A stretch of DNA of 64,000 bases, from IMG/VR virus record IMGVR_UViG_3300013936_000289, positions 280,064 through 344,063 of that record; one strand, given 5' to 3'. Positions 1 to 9,589 of the stretch are shown here, in pieces (position 1 is the stretch's first letter; each line of letters begins with the position of its first letter). Source of the stretch: a virus (taxonomy: Duplodnaviria; Heunggongvirae; Uroviricota; Caudoviricetes). Below the pieces are notes generated by a model, which saw only the letters and a program-made list of their open reading frames with translations, did no database searches and was not told the DNA's origin. The position numbers and the translations under genes were made by a program.

Positions 1-146
1 TTAATATAATTAAATGTTCTTGGACATTTCTTAATAAGTTCTTGTGTTTTCTTATTAATTATTATATCACAAACTTCTTTAGCTGTTTTTACATTAATAG
101 TATCAAAATTAGTTTTATTATACTTTTTATGTTTAAACTTTATCAT
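1..146 (-). CDS. hypothetical protein, 3'-truncated by window edge
   Basis: ATG at 146-144 overlapping upstream stop; open to window edge (MIKFKHKKYNKTNFDTINVK...). Confidence 0.5.
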   Translation of the reverse strand, partial: MIKFKHKKYNKTNFDTINVKTAKEVCDIIINKKTQELIKKCPRTFNYI

Positions 147-532
147 TACTAAAAATTTTCATATTGTTTCTTTAGCTATTGTAATCTCTAATAACTTGTG
201 AATAAGATATTAGCGTCTCCACTCATAGGATTATTCACTAATTTATAGTAATCTAATTCTGCTTGCAAATATTCAGATTTTGCTATTTGATAATCTGATT
301 CTTTATATGCGTTAAATAAATCTGGTTCATATGATTCTAATTTTTCACCATATGTTTGTTCACCAACAGTATTAATTAAAGTCTATCTTGCATCATCATA
401 TATATGGTGACAAAACGTTTCATTAATATTACTAGACTATTCTTTTACTTGTTCTCCCTTTTTATCAACAGCATATATTACATACTATTTTGAAGAGAAA
501 AGTAATTTAATTATTTTAAATATATTTTTCAT
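146..532 (-). CDS. hypothetical protein, 128 aa (code 15)
   Basis: ATG overlaps TGA of upstream gene (ATGA); open to TAA if in-frame TAGs are read as Gln. Confidence 0.6.
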
Positions 533-891
533 TCTTCATTTAATATAAATTTAGTGAAATCTCTTGTCTTATATAAGAAATTTCTAGCGGACTCATATGT
601 TACAAAATAGTTGGAAATTAACTCAGTTTCATCATTTACAGTATATACTATCTGATTATCAGTTTTACTCAAAAAATTGTGAAAAAATGGCAAAATACTG
701 AAGTAATTCCAATAAATTTTATAGTATTTTCTTGATATTTTTGAATCATTGTCAAATTCTTCAATATATCTTATAGTATATTCTATGGGTCCAAAAAAAT
801 TAAATATGTTTATTACCTGAATATCTCTATGATATGTTAATGAAATAATAAACATATAAAAACATAACATTAAAATTATACTACTTATCAT
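529..891 (-). CDS. hypothetical protein with hydrophobic N-terminus
   Basis: ORF track, 120 aa, ends TGA. Confidence 0.6.
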   Translation of the reverse strand: MISSIILMLCFYMFIISLTYHRDIQVINIFNFFGPIEYTIRYIEEFDNDSKISRKYYKIYWNYFSILPFFHNFLSKTDNQIVYTVNDETELISNYFVTYESARNFLYKTRDFTKFILNEE

Positions 892-1033
892 TACAATATA
901 TTTTCTACATTATTTAACTTAATCTCTAATATTCTTATCTTATTATCTTGAGTTGCAATAATACTTTTTAATTTATTAACAGTGTCTACCAACTCATTAA
1001 TCTTATCATATATCTTCTTTAATTGTTCGTCTG

Positions 1034-1354
1034 TCATAGTTCAATCTTATCTTTTAAAATATTATCACTTATATTAATAATGATAGGAATAATGAAATTT
1101 TGAAAATCTGTATTTTTTTCAATAATCATCTCATTATTAATAAAATCCTTATACACTTGACATACAAGAAATCCGATATATTTATTGAATTTCATAATAT
1201 TCACATCATATTCAGATAACTCTTTTAAAATGTCATATACTTCATCAGCATCAAAGTATGAATTAAAATCTTTAATGTAATTCAATACTTTCTCACTTGC
1301 GAACTTAATATAAGTATTTATATTTGAATTATTTATTACCATTATTTTACTCAT
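1034..1354 (-). CDS. hypothetical protein
   Basis: ORF track 106 aa, tightly packed operon, TGA stop. Confidence 0.65.
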   Translation of the reverse strand: MSKIMVINNSNINTYIKFASEKVLNYIKDFNSYFDADEVYDILKELSEYDVNIMKFNKYIGFLVCQVYKDFINNEMIIEKNTDFQNFIIPIIINISDNILKDKIEL

Positions 1355-1598
1355 TTAAATAGTTACGTAATTTCCTTGACATTTCTAATAGCCTATCAAA
1401 TTCATATCTTGATAGATTACTATGTTCAGATGTACACCAATACATAGTATAAATTAATGCCCTATCATTAATTGGTAGTAATTCTATTTTATTACTAGAA
1501 TCATTAGACATAACCATATCTACTAATCCATTTAATTTATTACTATGAAATTTTATACTACTATTTTTTATTTCATTTGCTATATTTTGCATAATCAT
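1347..1598 (-). CDS. hypothetical protein
   Basis: ORF track 83 aa, overlaps next start. Confidence 0.6.
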   Translation of the reverse strand: MIMQNIANEIKNSSIKFHSNKLNGLVDMVMSNDSSNKIELLPINDRALIYTMYWCTSEHSNLSRYEFDRLLEMSRKLRNYLNE

Positions 1599-1614
1599 TA
1601 TTTATATTTAATTA

Positions 1615-1971
1615 TTAATCAGTTGGCCAAAGTTCTTCATCACCAACTTCAACAATAGAGTAATGAACATCTTTGCCATTGTCTTGCACTGTTTGATAAT
1701 GACCAATCTTCACAACTTCCTCAGGACGACGATTGAATCCTTTTGTTATTCTGAAATAGTTTCCATGAAACTTGTGATCGCCTATAGCAGCCATATTATG
1801 TTGGCAATATTGTGCAGCCTCATTCTCTTTGTCATTCTCTGGGAGTGCTGCTACTGTGACTGTCTTTGCATTGATCTTGGTAACAATGCAACGTAGCAAT
1901 GTTGAAACTTTTGGATGCGCAATAAGTACCAAGTCATCCAGCTCTAACTCTTGATTTAAACGATCTACCAT
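1615..1971 (-). CDS. hypothetical protein (first gene after a Bacteroidetes-type promoter)
   Basis: ORF track 118 aa; TATCTTTG promoter box at 2017-2024 on minus strand. Confidence 0.7.
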   Translation of the reverse strand: MVDRLNQELELDDLVLIAHPKVSTLLRCIVTKINAKTVTVAALPENDKENEAAQYCQHNMAAIGDHKFHGNYFRITKGFNRRPEEVVKIGHYQTVQDNGKDVHYSIVEVGDEELWPTD

Positions 1972-2079
1972 AATTATTATAATTTTTAATTAATTATTAC
2001 TTCATTTATACAGTTACAAAGATACATTGTTTATATGAAAAAAGAAAGGATGTTAAACTTAATTAACATCCTTTTTATA

Positions 2080-2466
2080 TTAATATATTTTCCACTAATC
2101 AAAATGATTTCGTTTACTTAAATATTCTAAATCTGATTCATTTGTAAAGGCTTCCTATTCAAATGTTATATTCCTATATGCCTAATGTGAAAATCTATGT
2201 TTTGTAAACAAGACTCTCCATAACCATTCAAAGAAATATATTATATAGAATATTATGCCACCTATATATTGCTATACACATTCTGGTAAAAAACTTGCAA
2301 AATCTTTCATCTATTCTGTATGGATAGATTCATGATTTAATACTCTTTTCTTATAATTATCATTCTTTAATTTATATTCATATTCTTTCCTTACAAAAAG
2401 ATTTCCAAAAATATTAATAGCTATAAATCCATGTGGAGGAATAATATTGTTATAAATCAACTTCAT
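2080..2466 (-). CDS. conserved Bacteroidetes/phage membrane-associated HExxH-like protein, 128 aa (code 15)
   Basis: Manual translation MKLIYNNIIPPHGFIAINIFG...LNHESIHTE(Q)MKD...FEWLWR...AYRNITFE(Q)EAF; five TAGs, ends TAA; absent from ORF track. Confidence 0.75.
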
Positions 2467-2469
2467 ATA

Positions 2470-3243
2470 TTAAATATCTTTATTTTCAATATTTATTTGG
2501 CATTCCTGCATTAAATCATAATATTTATTATGTCCGTCCTTTAAAAATTTTACTATATTATTATCACACTCTATTGCTGGAAAATTATAACGAATCTGGT
2601 AGATTAATTTATCTTTTAAATAATTTAATATATTTAAACTTGTATATTTTCGTTTTAAATAATCATCAAGACAATAACCGAGATTACTGCCTATCCATGT
2701 AATAACATCATTTTTTGTATATAATTCTTTTCTTGCATATATAAGTCCCATGCATTGACCTATTTGAAATGCAAATAATTTCAATATATCTTCTCTTGAC
2801 ATATTATTGTTTAATTTATCAAAATCAATATATTCTAAATTAATACTTAATAATACGTCTAACCTCTTATACCAATTACTTCTTAATGCTAATTTTATTT
2901 CTTTTCTATATTGCGATCTAGAAAGATGTGATAACATTGCACGTATTGCTCTAATAAGTTTCAATGGTATATCTCTACCAACCTTTCTATTAATAAGTAA
3001 TTCTGTATTTTGTTCATGTAACTTATATGTATCTAATATCGCATTATTTAATTCATCAACTGTTCCTTTATAACAATTAGTTATAATACCGTTATTTATC
3101 GTTATTAAGTTTCTGTTTTCATTCTTATCAGCCGAACAAAACTTTTTACATTCTTGTAATGATGGTAATTCATCAACTATATATGCAATATCTACATCAG
3201 TTGAATCTTCTGAACCATATATATAATTTCCTATTATATTCAT
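2470..3243 (-). CDS. Pol-beta-superfamily nucleotidyltransferase-like protein
   Basis: N-terminal YIYGSEDSTDVDIAY matches the GS-x-D-x-D motif. Confidence 0.6.
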   Translation of the reverse strand: MNIIGNYIYGSEDSTDVDIAYIVDELPSLQECKKFCSADKNENRNLITINNGIITNCYKGTVDELNNAILDTYKLHEQNTELLINRKVGRDIPLKLIRAIRAMLSHLSRSQYRKEIKLALRSNWYKRLDVLLSINLEYIDFDKLNNNMSREDILKLFAFQIGQCMGLIYARKELYTKNDVITWIGSNLGYCLDDYLKRKYTSLNILNYLKDKLIYQIRYNFPAIECDNNIVKFLKDGHNKYYDLMQECQINIENKDI

Positions 3244-3274
3244 ATCTTTATTTCTTTATCAAAACTATCCATAA

Positions 3275-4267
3275 TTATTTATGAAATTTATTATAAATTA
3301 TTTTCTTTATATCCTATTTGAATTTTCTATAATTTATTTGTAACTCAAATATCATTGCCTAAAATTTATCTTTGTCATCCTATGAATATTCAGATAATCT
3401 TGGTCTATAATCAAAATGATATTTGTTTAACTTATATTTTATCAAATGATATTTATAGCATGAGTAATTATATATTTCCATAGGTCCATAATTATTAGAA
3501 ATAAAAATAGTTCTTAATGTGTTTATACACTATTTCATTTCGTTTAATAACGTTATATTATTTAATGAATCAATATCTTCATCTTCTGATTTAATATGTT
3601 CATATACTGCATTTAATCTTGCTCGTTCTTCAGACTTATTAAATATATAACATAATCTTAAACTTTTATCAAAATAATTTGGATTATCCCAGTTAAAAGG
3701 ATTTTTTTCATCATCAGGTAATTTATTTTTATTAGACTATAAAACATCTTTATCTTCTAATGCATACATTTCTCTAATATGTAAAAACTCATGTTTACAT
3801 GAATCACGTAATAACTATATATTATCCTATATCATATATGAATTTAAATATATAACAATTTCATTATTATTCTTATCTTCACTTTTTATATATGAATATG
3901 AAGTTGATTCTGTATCGTTTAATATATAAACATATATAGGATATTTTATATTTTCATTATCTAGTTTTTTACATAAAGAATCTTTTATATTAAAATTATA
4001 TCCTGTATATACTTTTATATCATTACTTATATCTATATTATCCTTATAAATATTTCCTATAACATCTATAACATCATCAAAAACATCACTTATATGATAT
4101 TCTTCATTTACTATATTATCAAAATCTACATCATTATTATATTGATATAATAATCGTCTTTCATAAGACCAATTAAAATTCTCTCTAAATTTTCTATAAT
4201 TGTTTTCATATAATTCTTTTTCGTTATGAAAATAATATTCAACTAATTGCTTTATATATTTGTTCAT
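3275..4267 (-). CDS. zincin-like (HExxH) protein, 330 aa (code 15)
   Basis: ORF 3827..4267 continues through TAG into ...SCKHEFLHIREMY...; ends at TAA 3275. Confidence 0.6.
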
Positions 4268-4359
4268 AAGTGAATAAAATAAATTTCAATATTTATATAA
4301 AAATTAAAGACATTATATATTATAAATATATAATGTCTTTAAATATGTAAAACAAAATG

Positions 4360-4445
4360 CGGAAAGGAGAGGTGTCGATCCCCATACATTTCACTGTACG
4401 ACTTGTTTTCAAGACAAGCTTGCGAGCCGTCGCAATTTCCTTTCC
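4360..4445 (-). tRNA. tRNA-Ser(TGA)
   Basis: GGAAAGG/CCTTTCC acceptor, CTTGT-CTTGAAA-ACAAG anticodon arm, long variable arm, G73; atypical T-loop ATCGACA. Confidence 0.85.
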
Positions 4446-4586
4446 AAATAAAAAATTAAGGTTTATACTCTGTGAGAACCTTATAACTCAGTACCAATAC
4501 GATGGTCTCCAAGACTTTCCACTAAAAATATTTAATGTTCTTGTAGTTACGATTCTATATAATTAAATATAGACTATTAAAATTTG

Positions 4587-4656
4587 TTCCTGTCTACGGA
4601 ATTAAACCGTAACCTTCACTTTTCAAGAGAAAATGCTTTCGTTACAACAAACAGGA
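4587..4656 (-). tRNA. degenerate tRNA-like gene, probable anticodon CTT (Lys)
   Basis: TCCTGTT/GACAGGA acceptor, TACGG-TTTAATT-CCGTA T arm, 6-bp anticodon stem with CTCTTGA loop, shortened D arm. Confidence 0.5.
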
Positions 4657-4778
4657 TGCAGTGTTTTATTGTACAATTATTATCACTGTCATTCATATTT
4701 CCTCATTTATAATATTACTTTATAGATACACAATCGCGAACAGTTATCCATATTCATAAAATAAATGCATCATACTAG

Positions 4779-4851
4779 TAGCGGGAGTGTGACTCGAACA
4801 CACGACCTCAGGGTTATGAGCCCTGCAAGCTACCAACTGCTCCATCCCGCA
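4779..4851 (-). tRNA. tRNA-fMet(CAT), copy 1
   Basis: CAGGG-CTCATAA-CCCTG with three G:C pairs, 1:72 mismatch. Confidence 0.92.
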
Positions 4852-4879
4852 ATATAAAAACATAAAAATAATAATGAAT

Positions 4880-5180
4880 TCATAGATGGATTCCTGACTA
4901 CCATCAAACCCTATTACATATTAAGCACATTATTCAGTCACGACAAGTTAGTTCATGACGCTAACTCCTAAATGTCGGAAGGATTGATTACCTTCAAAGG
5001 CTACAAGCATCATATACCATTCTACGATTTGACCTTTCTTACGTCACTCATGGTTGGCCAACCATGGCTATTTTAACCTTATGTTTCTTAATATTGATTA
5101 CTCTAAATCATATCTTTTCAGATATAACCTAAATGCCTTATCCACTGCTAACAGATTATTCAGCAATATAAAAACATTAT
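4880..5180 (-). ncRNA. candidate structured ncRNA between tRNA-Thr and tRNA-fMet
   Basis: No convincing ORF, locally raised GC, hairpins such as CATGGTTGG/CCAACCATG. Confidence 0.35.
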
Positions 5181-5192
5181 TAAGTTATGTTG

Positions 5193-5265
5193 AGCTGAAT
5201 GTCGGATTCGAACCAACGACCTACGCATTACAAGTGCGTCGCACTACCAACTGTGCTAATCCAGC
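5193..5265 (-). tRNA. tRNA-Thr(TGT)
   Basis: ACGCA-CTTGTAA-TGCGT anticodon arm, canonical D and T arms. Confidence 0.93.
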
Positions 5266-5346
5266 ATAAATTATTTCAACTTATTATTTATCTAATTTAT
5301 TTTTGAAATTGATAATAAAATAAGAAAATATTTTATATTATTATTG

Positions 5347-5427
5347 TACTCCTACTCGGACTCGAACCGAGACGTAATTAAACCTAGATCCTTAATCTAG
5401 TGGCTAGACCAATTCGCCTATAGGAGT
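5347..5427 (-). tRNA. tRNA-Leu(AAG)
   Basis: ACTCCTA/TAGGAGT acceptor, CTAGA-TTAAGGA-TCTAG anticodon arm, variable arm, A73. Confidence 0.88.
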
Positions 5428-5504
5428 ATTTAAAATTAATTTCATAAAGAAACTTTTTAATTTAATAACGTAAATTTAAAATCTTGTTTATTTTTAACTA
5501 TTTT

Positions 5505-6500
5505 TTATTTAAAAGTTTTTCTTCCTCTTATATAACCATTATTTATATATTCATCATATAATTCTGTTCTAATCATATGATTCTCTTTTTCATTATGAAC
5601 CCATACATAAGTATAATTTTTCAAATCTAATTTTGGATTATAACCATCATATAATTTAATAAAATCAGTACCATATGTATTTATTACATAATCTAAATAT
5701 GGTTTTATATCATCTTTATATAAAACTTTTACATCCGGATTCTAGTTTTCTTTTAATTTCCACTAATCTGTAGAATATCCTTTTATTTCTATTATCCCGT
5801 CATCTGTTATAAAATCAGGATAATATGAATGAACTTCATTATTCCAAATATAAGACCTTTTTTCTTTACAACGTTCTATATTTAAATTATGATCTTTATA
5901 ATAAACAAGAAATGCTAATTCCCATGAACTATCACAATGAATTCCTTTATACCATCCTTGTTTGCCTCTTCCAGAACCTTCTCGATAACCACCAGTATGT
6001 GCAGATAAATATTTGTGTTTACATTCTTTTGAACAATATGTTCTTCCTCTAATATTGCGTATATCAAACACAGAAAAATCTTTATTACAATATTTGCACT
6101 AATATATTTTTCTTGAACGTTCAGCAGCTATCTAACATTTAATAGAATTTTTTACACTAATAGATGTTTTCTTTTTTGATTCTTCTGTTCTTTTTGCTCT
6201 ATGTGAATTGCCATATGCAGTTGCACAATATCTATTACAAAATCTTCCAGAACCATAATAACCATCTATTACTTTACCACAATTCTCACAATATAAAACT
6301 TTACTTTCTTCAAATTGTTTCTATTGTAATAAATAATCATTCTTTATCTTATTATAATCTATATTACGTTTTCTAAATAATCGTAATAAAGTATTTCCAG
6401 ATTTATTATATTTCTTATCAACTGCTTTTAAAGAATAATTACAATTTCTATATTCCTATATTAATTCGTCATCTGATAAAAATTCTAAATTCTATTTCAT
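5505..6500 (-). CDS. free-standing PD-(D/E)XK (TnsA-like) putative homing endonuclease with Zn fingers, 331 aa (code 15)
   Basis: CENCGK..YGSGRFC Zn-finger; DSSWELAF...YYPDF...IIEIKG nuclease motif; joined across TAGs; starts 12 nt after tRNA-Glu. Confidence 0.75.
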
Positions 6501-6512
6501 ATTATTGATTAG

Positions 6513-6584
6513 TAGTGGGTAGGAGAGTCGAACTCCTGTTTAGAGAATGAAAATCTCTAGTACTAACCGCTATACGAACCCACC
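6513..6584 (-). tRNA. tRNA-Glu(TTC)
   Basis: AGAGA-TTTTCAT-TCTCT anticodon arm, canonical cloverleaf. Confidence 0.93.
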
Positions 6585-6684
6585 AGTTAATTTGCGTATC
6601 TTAATTATTTTCAATTCATAATTATTATATGTAATCTTTATAGTAAAGTCTATATATTTATCAAAAATATTTTCAAAATATTTG

Positions 6685-6788
6685 TGGGAACAACAGGATT
6701 CGAACACTGTGAAGCAAGATCATTTCAACCGATTTGCAAATGCACTCTACTTACCGTAGAGTTCTCATACCAACGAGAAGATATTCCC
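6685..6788 (-). ncRNA. 104-nt non-canonical tRNA-like RNA
   Basis: GGGAATA/TGTTCCC acceptor, D arm TTCTC-GTTGGTAT-GAGAA, T-loop TTCGAAT with bulged stem; no canonical 7-nt anticodon loop at the standard position. Confidence 0.55.
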
Positions 6789-6932
6789 AAATATTAAAAA
6801 ATTACCGTATATAAGAAGTTGCTTAGCCAACATCCATTATAATTTCCCTTATTGAAATATATATTAACCACGTGTATTAACATACTTCGTACAGTTACTA
6901 AAACCGCCTTTTTCTAAGAAGGCTCATGACGT

Positions 6933-7589
6933 TTATGGTAATTTATTTATATATTCTTTTAATTCTTTTGATTTATATGGTAAATCATATTTTTTACACC
7001 ATTTTTTAATGGCATTTCCTGTAATACCATATAATCTACCAATATTTTCAAATGTAATATATTTCTTAAATAATTGTATTAATTCTTCTTTTGTAGGAAT
7101 TGTATAATTTTTAATTGGTTCTATTTTTTCAACTAATTTTTTATAATCATTATTCCTATTTATAGAATCAAATTTAAATTTATTTAATAAAATATTAACA
7201 TTTTCTTCATCTTTTATAATTTCAGTTGGGCATTTTATTATATTAGCATGTATTTCTCTATGACAATTTGCGCATACTAAAATACATTTATCTAATTCTA
7301 ATTTAACATCATTCCATCCATGTGTATAACCTGCATATCCTATTCCAAACTCTTTTTTATTAGGATCTATATGGTGAAATTCTAATGCAGATATACATTT
7401 ATTATATCCACAACATTGACATTTATTTCCTTTATATGCAACTGATAATAATTTTAAATGTTCTCGACGTCGCTATACATATTCTGTCTAACATTTATTA
7501 CATACCCAATGTATTTTATTATTATATGTATATAAAGAAAATAATGTATTACCATGAATATGGCATATACGACATTCTTTTTCTCTCAT
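6933..7589 (-). CDS. HNH endonuclease with C-terminal HTH, 218 aa (code 15)
   Basis: CQCCGYNKCISALEFHHIDP...CILVCANCHREIH; two TAGs; starts 5 nt after interrupted tRNA-Asn. Confidence 0.85.
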
Positions 7590-7594
7590 ATTTG

Positions 7595-7809
7595 CGCTTC
7601 GAGTAGGACTCGAACCTACGACTTTCTGATTAGCTACATAAATTGGATTCGAACCAACTAAACTTTCAGCGATTTAGATTTATTACTATAATAGTTATAA
7701 ATCAATATTGCGTCCGCAAGTCTGATACCTAACAGCATTATGTAGTTTAATTTAATCAGGTTGTTTCCTGTATACAGTCAGACGTTCTAACCAACTGAAC
7801 TATCGAAGC
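7595..7809 (-). tRNA. tRNA-Asn(GTT) interrupted by a 141-nt insert (7633-7773) in the anticodon
   Basis: 5' exon GCTTCGATAGTTCAGTTGGTTAGAACGTCTGACTGT plus 3' exon TAATCAGAAAGTCGTAGGTTCGAGTCCTACTCGAAGCG gives a perfect 74-nt cloverleaf with the same anticodon arm as the intact Asn at 13125. Confidence 0.85.
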
Positions 7810-8144
7810 AAAATTTGAATAGTTTATCTACGGACACTATTCTTTTTATTCTAATATTCAGGCGTATACTTTACCGAGAAAACATATACTTCCTATATCA
7901 TGAAGTTTATTTTAATGGAACTACATATCATGATTAAAACCATATTCAACTCCTGAAACTAATTATCAATAGATTAAAATAATCTTTCAGTCTCTCTTAA
8001 ATATAAGGTTAAATTACTTATATTCATAATTATTTTTTAAATCTATTTATTTATAATTTAAATCAGCATATCATTACTAAAAGAAATAATTAAAACTTTT
8101 AATAATGGTCCGGACAATGCTATACTACTAACTCTCGTTATATA

Positions 8145-8441
8145 TTAAAAATGTAGATAAAATATAGATAATATTGAATAACATATTTTTCTGAATAATG
8201 TTTCATTATCTAAATCCACATCTTTTGTCTATTCCCTTTTTATATGCAAATCATAAAGAAGATTATGTGATCTCCATTCATTTATTAAACTATACATACT
8301 CCTTTTATGAATAACATAAGTTTTATCACATTTTTCACGTATACTATTAATAACACATTTCATGTTTTTAATAGATTTTATTTTATAACTATCAATTATT
8401 TTCACGTCTTCCTAACTGATAATTACTTCAGGATTAATCAT
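8145..8441 (-). CDS. hypothetical protein, 98 aa (code 15)
   Basis: Manual translation MINPEVIIS(Q)EDVKIID...EWRSHNLLYDLHIKRE(Q)TKDVDLD. Confidence 0.6.
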
Positions 8442-8486
8442 ATATAAAAATTAATTGTTTCATATATTTATCTTTAATCCATTATG

Positions 8487-8560
8487 TGATTCTGGTGAGG
8501 ATCAAACTCACGACCCGTGCTTTAGAAGAGCACTGCTCTGTTCAACTGAGCTACAGAACC
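8487..8560 (-). tRNA. tRNA-Arg(TCT)
   Basis: GTGCT-CTTCTAA-AGCAC; T-loop variant TTTGATC. Confidence 0.9.
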
Positions 8561-8756
8561 ATTCACCAAAATTATAAAAATCAGAAGTCATTTATTTTTA
8601 AGTATTTGAGTTTTCTTTTTCTAGTAAACATTATCATAATTATATATGTTTGCTGTATTGACTTCCATCATCATAAATAAACTTTCATAAACACTTATAT
8701 TTCTTACTAATTAAAGTCTCATCATAAGTCAAATACTTTAATTCATTTACAATTTG

Positions 8757-8830
8757 TACTACAGGAGGGACTTGAACCCCCGACCGCCAAGGTATAAGCT
8801 TGGAACTCTAACCGACTGAGTTACTGTAGT
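8757..8830 (-). tRNA. tRNA-Ile(TAT)
   Basis: CCAAG-CTTATAC-CTTGG anticodon arm, canonical cloverleaf, A73. Confidence 0.88.
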
Positions 8831-8922
8831 GTAATTTTTAAACTCTTATATTATATTCAATTTATAAGTAAATGTTTATATTTTTTAATAAATTAATTTT
8901 AGATATACTAATCAAGTTATAG

Positions 8923-8995
8923 TGTTCCGTACGAGACTCGAACTCGTTACCCCGATATTAAAAGTATCGTGCTCTGCCAGATGAGCTAACGGAAC
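8923..8995 (-). tRNA. tRNA-Lys(TTT)
   Basis: CGATA-CTTTTAA-TATCG. Confidence 0.93.
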
Positions 8996-9184
8996 AACTC
9001 TATATTTTAATTTACATAACTATTTTAATTACATTAAAAAGATACATCTTTTATTTTTATTTGTAATTAAAAAATATTTTATAAATTATTTTCTTTCATA
9101 TTTCAAAGAACTAAATTCATAATCTTATATGAATATAATATTTAAAAGTTTATATTATTAACAACTTTTTTATTAAATATTTGT

Positions 9185-9256
9185 TGGGTGGGTGAGACTT
9201 GAACTCACGACTTCATCCTTATCAGGGATGCGCTCTAACCATCTGAACTACCACCC
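9185..9256 (-). tRNA. tRNA-Ile(GAT)
   Basis: CATCC-CTGATAA-GGATG. Confidence 0.92.
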
Positions 9257-9262
9257 AAAATT

Positions 9263-9530
9263 AAACAAGTAGATTTACGAGACACAGACTTTTTCACCCT
9301 TTATATAAAGGAATACTCGCTATTAGGCACTTGCGCTGTTTTACGAAATTGTTGTGTGTCAACTTATGGCTTCTTACGAAATCTGCTGCTCTTCACATCT
9401 ATGAACTAATGTTCAAACCAATTCCTTTCAATAATTGACCTGTAACCCTTATCAGTTCTTCTGTCTATAAATTAGCTAGCATATAATTATAAACTTACTC
9501 ATTATTCTACTTGGAAGTCTATACTTGTTT
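9263..9530 (-). ncRNA. candidate ~270-nt structured ncRNA
   Basis: Closing helix AAACAAGTA/TACTTGTTT, internal long-range pairs AGATTT/AAATCT and GACACA/TGTGTC, no ORF. Confidence 0.5.
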
Positions 9531-9589
9531 ATATCATTATTAGATAATATACGACATTAAAACTGTAAAGTATATTTCTAATAATTATT

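Noticed and set aside
6802-6941. Helix-closed 140-nt segment after the HNH gene
   Set aside because: Some hairpins are present but it overlaps the HNH stop codon and could be a terminator or spacer; evidence too weak
7633-7773. Group I or BHB intron interpretation of the tRNA inserts
   Set aside because: Short, no recognisable P3-P7 core, no terminal G at the junction giving the body-matched anticodon, and no clear BHB motif; the inserts instead end in a tRNA T-arm/acceptor
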